Of a stretch of 64,000 nucleotides of DNA, positions 42,422 to 52,936 are shown in pieces (positions within the stretch are counted from its first letter, which is position 1; every line of letters starts with the position of its first letter). The stretch comes from Octopus sinensis. Lineage: Eukaryota. The notes under the pieces were generated by a model. It was not told the origin of the DNA and did no database searches. It worked only from the letters and a program-made list of their open reading frames with translations. The stretch is taken from positions 8,928,001-8,992,000 of the forward strand of contig NC_043026.1 in assembly GCF_006345805.1 (NCBI RefSeq), read 5' to 3'. The position numbers were made by a program, and so were the translations under genes.

Positions 42422-42600
42422 TTGCTATCATTACACACACACAGAGACACACGTGCTATCATTACACACACACACAGACACACGTGCTATCATTACACAC
42501 ACACACAGACACACGTGCTATCATTACACACACACAAAGACACACGTGCTATCATTACACACACACACAGACACACGTGCTATCATTACACACACACACA
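42422..42600 (+). repeat. ~30-bp minisatellite (tgctatcattacacacacacacagacacacg) x6
   Basis: Direct reading. Confidence 0.9.
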
Positions 42601-42690
42601 GACCTGTGCGCATGACATGACCGCGTGTGTACTGTTGGAGATTTTCTTTCTCTGTCTTCCCTTCCTTCCTTGGACCTTTCCTTTTACTAT

Positions 42691-42725
42691 GTTTCTGACA
42701 AAGAGCTCCGCTCGAAACGTTAAAT
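42691..42725 (+). ncRNA. Degenerate minimal hammerhead-like motif
   Basis: gttt-CUGACAA-a-gagc(tcc)gctc-GAAA-cg-UU-aaat; C3-A8 mismatch. Confidence 0.35.
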
Positions 42726-42868
42726 CCTCCTTTTTTCTTTCCTTTCCTGAGCGTCCAATAACACTATGCTTGTTCCATGTCCTCGCGTTGTTGTGTTTTC
42801 TCTTTGTTCATGTTTGGATTAACTATATATATATACATATATGTATATGTACATACATATATATATAT

Positions 42869-43284
42869 AATAATAGTTATCGCCATACTAATATGGCATT
42901 CTTATAAAAATAAGAATAAAGCTGTCCGCTTATTAGCTCCATGAGGCCATCGCCTTAAGTTAGCTATTTGATACACAAACTGTATCCATATAACCTTCGA
43001 ACAAGGGAGGTCAGACGCTCCACACTACTTGACCGGCAGCTACAGACGCGTTTCGGGGTATTGCCCCTTTTCAATGCATTGAAAAGGGGCAATACCCCGA
43101 AACGCGTCTGTAGCTGCCGGTCAAGTAGTGTGGAGCGTCTGACCTCCCTTGTTCGAAGGTTATATGGATACAGTTTGTGTATCAAATAGCTAACTTAAGG
43201 CGATGGCCTCATGGAGCTAATAAGCGGACAGCTTTATTCTTATTTTTATAAGAATGCCATATTAGTATGGCGATAACTATTATT
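42869..43284. repeat. Perfect 416-bp palindrome without spacer (208-bp arms)
   Basis: Arms checked base by base; centre tcaatg|cattga at 43076/43077. Confidence 0.95.
43075..43112 (+). ncRNA. Minimal type I hammerhead ribozyme, U3-A8 variant (mirror copy 43041-43078 on minus)
   Basis: tgca-UUGAAAA-gggg(caata)cccc-GAAA-cgcg-UC-tgta. Confidence 0.6.
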
Positions 43285-43340
43285 TTCCGGGAACGCTGCC
43301 GCTGTTCTCTTTTAGAGAGACTTAGTAATTTTAATATTTC

Positions 43341-43383
<43 letters not shown>

Positions 43384-45143
43384 TATATATATATATATTC
43401 TTTAACTTTTTTCAGATGTTTTGACTGCGGTCATGCTGGAGCACCACATAGAAAGTTTTCAGTCAATCAAATCAACCCTAGGACTTATTTTTTGAGCCTA
43501 GCATTTATCCTATCAGCCACATTTGCCAAACTGCTAGGTTACAGAGACATAAACAAACCAACACTGTTTGTCAAGTGTTGATGGTAGACAAACACACACA
43601 CAGTATATATCATCATCATCGTTTAACATCCATTTTCCGTGCTGGCACGGGTTGGACGATTTGACCGGGGTCTGGGAAGCCAGGAGGTTGCACCAGGCTC
43701 CAGTCTGATCTGGCAATGTTTCTACGGCTGGATGCCCTTCCTAACGCCAACCACTCCATGAGTGTAGTGGGTGCTTTTTACGTGTCACCGGCATAGGGGC
43801 CAGACGATGCAGGCAAATGGCCACGAACGGATGGTGCTTTTTATATATATGATAGTTTTAGATATACATCAGTGAAGTGGACAGGATACTGGGTTGCAAC
43901 TGGATTCAGGCTTCTTGGTATTGGGACAGCAGCTATCTATTTCCACCCCTCAGAGGCGGAGTGGAAATAGATCTGTAGTGGGGGTGGGGAACAATTAGAT
44001 TTTACAACTGATTACAAAATCTTTATCAGCCAAGCAAATGGCCTTCCCTGAATGCATTGAAAACATTATAACAGAATCACTATTTCAGGAAATTATCATT
44101 GTTCTCTTTGAGTGTGTAGAAAGAGAAATTTGGCAGAGGCAAGAAAAGGTGAAATTGTCTCTTCAAATTATCCAGAATTACATTTGAAAACAAAGACTCA
44201 AACACATCAATATCTATCCTTCGACATCTTAAAGATCAGAAATGCAAAAAGCTATTTAAGTATCGAATTCAAATGAAAGAGAATCAGAGAAAAATTGCAA
44301 ATGATGTGAAATTAATGAATATCGAATAAATGGGGGGAAAAAAATCAACATAAAATATTTGAAGCTTCTTCACAATCCCTTTGTAGTAAATCTATGTCTG
44401 TGACTAGTTACCTAACAACTCACAAACACTTAATAATATGGATTTAAAACAACAGAAAGAGAGAAAAATTAGTGGAAATGGTCATTACTCATTTTGCCCC
44501 ACGTGAGCCATCACTTTGATAACTGAAAATTACCAAATTCGACACTAAATGGTGGGGGGGGGGAAATTGATCTGGGATCCAACACAGAAAAGAATATTCA
44601 TTGTTAAACATGATGAGCAATTCCCAGTCTTAAATATAATGTAGCAATACTCACAAAACAATAACTTCAAACAGATAAGAAGAAATGAGGAATTACTCAT
44701 TTTGCCCCGCCTATTTATTTTGTCCCCGTCCCTATATCAAGAAGCAAACATTCGATAAATTATAATAAAGCATTGGATTCTCAACATTTCTGTGGTTGGA
44801 GTTTATTTTAAGAACATTTCTCCAACTAAAACACACAACAAACTTAAAAGGGAAAACTAGGAAATTACTCATTTTGCCCCGCTTACTAATTTCGTCCCCT
44901 TCCCCATATCAAGTGACAAGCATTCGATCAATTATAATAAAGCATTGGTTTCTCAACATTTCTGTGGTTGGAGTTTATTTGAGGATATTTCTCCAACTAA
45001 AACACACAACAAACAAACTTAAAGAAGAAACGATGGAGCGTGTAGGAGGTTGCCGCCATAGCTAGAAATAGCAGCCAAATGTGGAACAAAATCTGATTCA
45101 CAAAGTATTAAAAGATTAAATGCTTTCATTGTTTAATACTTAC

Positions 45144-45310
45144 GGAAATGTCTTTATAAAGGATGGTGTTGTTGTTGTTATGAGTGCATCAGGTGGAAGA
45201 GAAATGTATAATAAATGTGTTTGGGAGTGAATTGAGAGAAATTCTGGCAAGAGACGTGTCTGTCTGGATGTGGAAAATGAAGACTGAATACGTTTAAAGC
45301 GCATGCGTAT
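45144..45310 (-). promoter_or_regulatory. Putative promoter and non-coding exon 1 of ZNF-F
   Basis: acgcatgcgct at 45298-45308; GTAAGT donor at 45143. Confidence 0.6.
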
Positions 45311-45914
45311 GACAGTTTGGCACAACGCCAGCAATTTCGGGGAGCGATGGTGCGTAAGTCAATTCCATGGACCTCAGTAGTTAACTGGTACTTATTTTGT
45401 TGAACCCCAGCAAAAAGATTAAAGGCAATAGACGTCAATGATTGGTTGAAATTGCAGAAATTGAAGAAAAAAAACAACAAATATCAGATCTTTTCGGTTT
45501 GAACGGCAGTTTTTTTCTAGCGGTGTCATATGAAATTGTCACCCATAATTATGACCCTAGAATCGATCTATTGCATTTCAATCTGTTTTAGGGTTAGGGT
45601 TAGGGGAAGGGTATCTTTTTTTTTCTTCAGAAATGTAAATAAACCCAATCTGTTTCTTAAACGTGGGACATATTCATACGGTACAGAATGATTTTTTTTT
45701 TACCTCAATAGACGTCAGTGATTGGTTGAAATTGCAGAAATTGAAGAAAAAAACCCAAAAAAATATCAGATCTTTTCTGTTTGAACGGCAGTTTTTAACC
45801 TAATTTCTAGGTAACTAAAAAATTTTAAACTTCGTATACTGGTAGAATGTGTTTATAAAACATCTTTTCCTCTTGGATTTATTGAGAAAATTCTATAGTT
45901 TGTAAGATATTATT

Positions 45915-46081
45915 TCATACGCATGCGCACTAAACGTACTTCCGCCTTCATTCATTACATCTTAATAAATATCTCTGGTTCCATAATTTCTCTCAATTCA
46001 CTCCTAAACACATTTGTAATAGATTTCTCAACCACCTGACGCACTTCCAACAACAACACCATCCTTTATAAAGACATTTCC
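45915..46081 (+). promoter_or_regulatory. Putative promoter and non-coding exon 1 of ZNF-H
   Basis: acgcatgcgca at 45919-45929, acttccgcc, donor GTAAGT at 46082. Confidence 0.65.
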
Positions 46082-46570
46082 GTAAGTATTAAACAACGAA
46101 AACATTTAATCTTTCAATACTTTGTGAATCAGATTTTGTTCCACATTTGGCTGCTATTTCTAGCTATGGCGGCAACCTCCTACACGCTCCATCGTTTCTT
46201 CTTTAAGTTTGTTTGTTGTGTGTTTTAGGTGGAGAAATGTTCTTAAAATAAACTCCAACCACAGAAATGCTGAGAATCCAATGCTTTATTATAATTGATC
46301 GAATGCTTGTCACTTGATATAGGGAAGGTGTCGAAATTAGTAAGCGGGGCAAAATGAGTAATTGCCAATTTCTCCCAATTTGTTTGAGATAATTGTATTG
46401 TGAGTATTATACATAAATAAATGCACCCTTTTATAGCCTGACCAGGTTCTTGGGCCCGTTTTCCCGGTTTCAATGTCGTATGTGTTCCCCAGCTGAGTGG
46501 ACTGGAGCAACGTGAAATGAAGTGTTTTGCTCAAGAACACAACACGTCACCCGGTCCAGGAATCGAAACC

Positions 46571-47280
46571 ACGGTACTACTAGTGAACAGTGGTCCCGGT
46601 GCGCGCACTCGCGCTAGCTAGTCGTAAGTAGTCGTTCCTAAGACGACTTTTTAACCCTAACCCTAATTTTTTAGCCCTAACCCTAACCTTTGTTTGTTTA
46701 TAAAAATAATTTATTTACTTTGTTCGAAAAATATTATTTAATTTTCGGCGATCTTTCGTCTCTAGTAGACCTTTTCGTCGAATTCCGTAAAAATATTTAT
46801 TTTTTTTACATATGGGCTTGCGGGAACTTTTGAAGTAATATACATACATATACACATACACCGAGTAAAAAATTTCAGTTATCTCTCTCTTTCACACATT
46901 ACTCTCTCTGTCTCTTCACACACACTAACAGAAGCACTTCACTTACACAACATACTGTCTGTCTCCCACACCCCATCAAACACACACACACACACACATG
47001 TACATCAATGCTTCCCATGCACGGTAACTTCAAAAGAACTTCCCTCGTCATACAATCGCTTTCTCTTAGTCTCTTTCGCTCTCATTACTTCAAAAGTTCC
47101 CGCAAGCCCATATGTAAAAAAAAGAATTTTTTTACGGAAATCGACGGAAAGGTCTACTAGAGACGAAAGATTGCCTAATTTTCTTTGATATGTAATCAGC
47201 CTTTAAATACAAACATACGCGCAAGTTGTTGTAGGATCGACTACTTACGACTAGCTAGTGACTGTTCGCTAGTAGTACCG
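46571..47280. mobile_element. Non-autonomous DNA transposon with TIRs and a long internal inverted repeat
   Basis: cggtactactagtgaacagt / actgttcgctagtagtaccg; ~85-bp inverted pair at ~46750-46835 and ~47085-47170. Confidence 0.7.
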
Positions 47281-47797
47281 AAACAAATATCTTGTCTTTT
47301 ACGTGCTCAAAGAGAATGGCGATAGTTTTCTAAAACAGTAATCAAATTTTGTTATAATGTTTTGAATGCAGTTTGGAAATGTTGAATCTGTATTTTTTTA
47401 AGTAGCCTCTCTATCTTACACTGTTGTTTCTTTATTCTTTCAGAATATCAGATGACATTGGCGTAACTGAAGATACATTCTCATTATTTATCAGCTTTTT
47501 AAAGACCAAATTGGAAATATTGTACAGAACAGATATATACGATTCTCTACATAGATTTCTCTAAATCTATGGCAGAATTCCTCCGATATATTTACTCTGA
47601 ATTGTATTATTAGCAAACTTTCAGGACCTCACTGGCTGGAGTGTCTACAAGATGAGTCTCTTTGCAAATTAAACTTGGATAAATTTACCAAGGTAACAAT
47701 GAACTGAAATGCAGCAGACGAAATATATGTAAACAAAAGACTAAATAAACAAAAAGAAGAAAAAAAATATCTATATTGTGTTTTTCGAAGAAAAATA

Positions 47798-49291
47798 ATG
47801 GAAAAAGGTGAAAAATTAAAGGAAGTGGTTTTTCCTGAGGATAGAGAAAAAGGGAGCAGAAAATTGTCACATGACTGTGATGTGTGTAAAAAGTCCTTCT
47901 CTCAAAAAGGATATTTGAATAAGCACAAACGTATTCATACAGTAGAGAAGCCATTTAAATGTGACATCTGTGGTAAATCATTTTCTATAAGTAGCCAATT
48001 AATCAGTCACAGCCATAGCCATACTGGAGAGAAGCCATTTCATTGTGGTGTCTGTGGTAAATCATTCTCTTCATCCAGTGTCTTTGCTACACACAAGCGT
48101 ATTCATACAGGGGAGAAGCCATTTCACTGTGACATCTGTGGTAAATCATTCTTTCAAAAACACAACTTGACTAGACACAAACGTCTACATACTAGGGAGA
48201 AACCCTATCCCTGTGATGTCTGTAGTACATCATTCTCTGACCGAAGTGCTTTAAATTATCACAAGCGTGTTCATACAGGGGAGAAGCCATTTCACTGCGA
48301 CATTTGTGGTAAATCATTCTCTCAAAAATGTGACTTATCTAGACACAAACGTATTCATACAGGAGAGAAGCCTTATCCCTGTGATGTCTGTGGTACATCA
48401 TTCTCAGACCATAGTATTTTAACCACTCACATACGCGTTCATACAGGAGAGAAGCCATATCAGTGTAATATCTGCGGTAAATCATTCTCTCAAAGTAGTG
48501 TTTTAACTTCGCATAAACGTATTCACACAGGAGAGAAGCCATATCAATGCAACATCTGTGGCAAGTCTTTTTCTAGAAGTAGCACCCTAACTAAGCACAA
48601 ACGTGTTCATACAGGAGAGACACCATATTTATGTGATATCTGTGGTAAATCATTCTCCCAAAGTGATAGCTTAGCTACTCACAAGCGTTTTCATACAGGG
48701 GAGAAGCCATATGGCTGTGATATCTGTGGTGAATCATTTTCTGTAAGTACTTACTTAATCAATCACAGACATATCCATACAGGGGAGAAGCCATATCACT
48801 GTGATACTTGTGGTAAATCATTCTCTTCAGCCAGTGTCTTCGCTACCCACAAACGTATTCATACAGGTGAGAAGCCATTTGACTGTGACGTTTGTGGTAA
48901 ATCATTCTATCAAAAATATAAATTGACTACACACAAACGTATTCATACAGGAGAGAGGCCGTATCACTGTGATGTCTGCGGTACATCATTCTCTGGCCAA
49001 AGTGCTTTAAATTCTCACATGCATCTCCATACGGGAGAAAAGCAATTTCACTGTGACATCTGTGGTAAATCATTCTCTCAAAAATATAACTTGACTAGAC
49101 ACAAACGTATTCATACCAGGGAAAAGCCTTATCACTGTGATGTCTGTGGTACATCATTCTGTGACCAGAGTGCTTTAAATACTCATATACGTGTTCATAC
49201 AGGGGAAAAATTATTTCACTGTGACATCTGTGGTAAGTCATTCTCACAAAAAAATAACTTAACTAGACACAAACATATTCATACTGGTTAG
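47798..49291 (+). CDS. C2H2 zinc-finger protein H, 17 fingers
   Basis: Open 497-aa ORF. Confidence 0.92.
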   Translation: MEKGEKLKEVVFPEDREKGSRKLSHDCDVCKKSFSQKGYLNKHKRIHTVEKPFKCDICGKSFSISSQLISHSHSHTGEKPFHCGVCGKSFSSSSVFATHKRIHTGEKPFHCDICGKSFFQKHNLTRHKRLHTREKPYPCDVCSTSFSDRSALNYHKRVHTGEKPFHCDICGKSFSQKCDLSRHKRIHTGEKPYPCDVCGTSFSDHSILTTHIRVHTGEKPYQCNICGKSFSQSSVLTSHKRIHTGEKPYQCNICGKSFSRSSTLTKHKRVHTGETPYLCDICGKSFSQSDSLATHKRFHTGEKPYGCDICGESFSVSTYLINHRHIHTGEKPYHCDTCGKSFSSASVFATHKRIHTGEKPFDCDVCGKSFYQKYKLTTHKRIHTGERPYHCDVCGTSFSGQSALNSHMHLHTGEKQFHCDICGKSFSQKYNLTRHKRIHTREKPYHCDVCGTSFCDQSALNTHIRVHTGEKLFHCDICGKSFSQKNNLTRHKHIHTG

Positions 49292-49842
49292 AAGTCATTT
49301 CAATGTCAGGAGTACATAGTTCTCTAACTGAAGTGGTTCAAATTCTCATGTTTGCATACAAGGGAAAAGCAATTTCTCTGTGACATCTGTGGTAAATCAT
49401 TCTCTCAAAAATATAACTTGACTAACCACAAATATGTTTATACTGGGAAGCCATATCACTGTGATATCTGTGATACATCATTCTTTGGCTGAAGTGCTTT
49501 AAATTCTCACAAACGTGATCATACGGGAGAGAAGCCATATTACTGTGATATCTGAGGTACATCATTCCCTGTGAGTTGTAATTTATCTAAACTCAGACAT
49601 CTCCATACAGGTGAGAAGCAATATCACTGTGATGTCTGTGACAAATTGTTTTCCTGAAGTATATAAGTTGACAAACGTATTCATACTGGAGAGAAGCCAT
49701 ATTCTTGTGTAAATCATTCTCTCAAGGTAGCCACTTTGCTTCTCACAAACGTTTCCATACAGGTGAGAAGCCTTATCACTGATACCTGTGGTAAATTGTT
49801 CTCCTGACGTAGTTGCTTAACTATACACAAACGTATTCACAT
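49292..49842 (+). pseudogene. Decayed zinc-finger tail after the stop of H (about 6 fingers)
   Basis: Finger-like DNA (tgtgacatctgtggtaaatcattctctcaa, catacaggtgagaagcc) with stops and indels. Confidence 0.8.
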
Positions 49843-51292
49843 TATTTTGAATTCGTCGAGCATTATCTGACAGCTTTCAAATTTGAATGGAGTGTTTATT
49901 TTTAGAATGACATTGTCGGGTAGGCGTAAGAGGCCAAGTCTGGCTAGTTTGATTAAAAAATAAGTAGAAAATTTGGGCCGGATATTGCTGATTTAAATTC
50001 TAAAAGATTAACACAAGAAATGCCAATATTTCTTAGTGCAAGGACCATAGGGGGCCATTTTTGATTGCCAATGAAAATTTTTATGTAATAGAATTTATTT
50101 TAAATATAAACAAATGCATTGAATAAAGGATTTGAAAATACATTCTTTTAGCATTTATTTACATGTGAAAAATATATATCTATGCACATATACTTGATAT
50201 GATGTTCATGATTGCACATTCAATACAGTTAAGGAAATTGAAAAGTTATAAGCAGAATTGGTGATAAATGACCACTCGGTACTTCTGGTGTTCACTAAAT
50301 GTGTATCTATTCATATAGATGTATGACTATCAATGTGACAATTCATAAGAACAATAAGCATTTTGAGCTCCTCCTAAATTGGTGATAGTGTTCTGGGCTT
50401 TCTCCATGGCATTAACTAAGCTACTCATCAGGGAATTGATGTAATTGTGGAAGTTCCTTCTATGACAAAAAAGTAAATAAATAAGGGACACTCTCTACAA
50501 CTGTATATTCACACAGGAATGGAGAAAGAACTGTGTGTGGTAACAACTTCCCACCTCTATAGTTTGTAAGATAACTTACCTGTGGGATATGCTTTTTAAA
50601 AACATGAGCTCCTCCTAAAATGGTAGTGTTGTGGGCTTTCTCCATAAAAATATATATCTATGCACATATACTTGATATGATGCTCATGATTGCACATTCA
50701 ATACAGTTGTAGAAATTAAAAAGTAATAAGCAGAATTGGTGAATAATGACCGCTCGGTACTTCTGGTGTTAACTAAATGTGTATCTATTCATATAGATGT
50801 ATGACTATCAATGTGACAATTCATAAGAACAATAAGCATTTTGAGCTCCTCCTAAATTGGTGATAGTGTTCTGGGCTTTCTCCATGGCAATAACCAAACT
50901 ACTCATCAGGGAATTGCTGTAATTGTCAAAGCTTCTTCAAGGCCAAAGAAAGAAAAAGGGACACTCTGTAACTGTAAATGTATTCACACAGGAGAGGAGG
51001 TAGAGCAGTGTGTGATAACAGCCTCCCAACTCTATAGTTTATGTCACCACATCTCAGGTAACTTACCTGTGGGTTATTTTTTTCAATAAAAGCAATTTCC
51101 TCCAGATTTTGAATAAGAGTTGTTTAAGGATGTTGAACAAAACACCCATGTTTCCAGAGGTGAATTATTTAAACTCCAAAGAATCCCTCTCAACACATGG
51201 CTCTGATGCTCCCCCTCTACTTCTTTCTGGAATTGAGAATTCAAATTTCAGAAGATTAGTACTTAGTCCCTGTCACTTAGCGGTTTGGCAAA

Positions 51293-52861
51293 AGAGACCG
51301 ATAGAATAAGTACTGGGCTTACAAAAGGATAAGTCCCGGGGTCGAGTTGCCGGATTAAAGGCGGTGCTCCAGCATGGCCGCAGTCAAATGACCGAAACGA
51401 GTAAAAGAGACCGATAGAATAAGTACTGGGCTTACAAAGAATAAGTCCCGGGGTCGAGTTGCCGGATTAAAGGCGGTGCTCCAGCATGGCCGCAGTCAAA
51501 TGACTGAAACAAGTAAAAGAGACCGATAGAATAAGTACTGGGCTTACAAAGAATAAGTCCCGGGGTCGAGTTGCCCGATTAAAAGCGGTGCTCCAGCATG
51601 GCCGCAGTCAAGTGACTGAAACCAGTAAAAGAGACCGATAGAATAAGTACTGGGCTTACAAAGAATAAGTCCCGGGGTCGAGTTGCCCGATTAAAAGCGG
51701 TGCTCCAGCATGGCCGCAGTCAAATGACTGAAACAAGTAAAAGAGACCGATAGAATAAGTACTGGGCTTACAAAGAATAAGTCCCGGGGTCAAGTTGCCC
51801 GATTAAAAGCGGTGCTCCAGCATGGCCGCAGTCAAATGACTGAAACCAGTAAAAGAGACCGATAGAATAAGTACTGGGCTTACAAAGAATAAGTCCCGGG
51901 GTCGAGTTGGCCGATTAAAAGCGGTGCTCCAGCATGGCCGCAGTCAAGTGACTGAAACAAGTAAAAGAGACCGATAGAATAAGTACTGGGCTTACAAAGA
52001 ATAAGTCCCGGGGTCGAGTTGCCGGATTAAAGGCGGTGCTCCAGCATGGCCGCAGTCAAATGACCGAAACGAGTAAAAGAGACCGATAGAATAAGTACTG
52101 GGCTTACAAAGAATAAGTCCCGGGGTCGAGTTGCCGGATTAAAGGCGGTGCTCCAGCATGGCCGCAGTCAAATGACTGAAACCAGTAAAAGAGACCGATA
52201 GAATAAGTACTGGGCTTACAAAGAATAAGTCCCGGGGTCGAGTTGCCCGATTAAAAGCGGTGCTCCAGCATGGCCGCAGTCAAATGACTGAAACAAGTAA
52301 AAGAGACCGATAGAATAAGTACTGGGCTTACGAAGAATAAGTCCCGGGGTCGAGTTGCCGGATTAAAGGCGGTGCTCCAGCATGGCCGCAGTCAAATGAC
52401 CGAAACGAGTAAAAGAGACCGATAGAATAAGTACTGGGCTTACAAAGAATAAGTCCCGGGGTCGAGTTGCCGGATTAAAGGCGGTGCTCCAGCATGGCCG
52501 CAGTCAAATGACTGAAACAAGTAAAAGAGACCGATAGAATAAGTACTGGGCTTACAAAGAATAAGTCCCGGGGTCGAGTTGCCGGATTAAAGGCGGTGCT
52601 CCAGCATGGCCACAGTCAAATGACCGAAACGAGTAAAAGAGACCGATAGAATAAGTACTGGGCTTACAAAGAATAAGTCCCGGGGTCGAGTTGCCGGATT
52701 AAAGGCGGTGCTCCAGCATGGCCGCAGTCAAATGACCGAAACGAGTAAAAGAGACCGATAGAATAAGTACTGGGCTTACAAAGAATAAGTCCCGGGGTCG
52801 AGTTGCCGGATTAAAGGCGGTGCTCCAGCATGGCCGTAGTCAAATGACTGGAACAAGTAAA
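51293..52861 (+). repeat. Tandem array of the SINE-A 3' tail, 14 x 112 bp
   Basis: agagaccgatagaataagtactggg...gaaacaagtaaa counted 14 times. Confidence 0.95.
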
Positions 52862-52936
52862 AAGAGTAAATGATGCTGGTTCAACAACAATAACAATAAT
52901 AATAGAAACATCGAAGAGTAATATTTCTGAAAATAT

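Noticed and set aside
42964-43189. Identical 73-aa ORFs on both strands
   Set aside because: A trivial consequence of the palindrome.
45588-45606. (TTAGGG)n here and (CCCTAA)n at ~46655-46688 as telomeric relics
   Set aside because: Only 2-3 units each, embedded in DNA-transposon remnants.
51293-52861. CRISPR-like appearance of the 112/113-, 65- and 123-bp arrays
   Set aside because: Whole units repeat with no unique spacers, the units are retroelement segments, the context is eukaryotic, and no cas genes are present.
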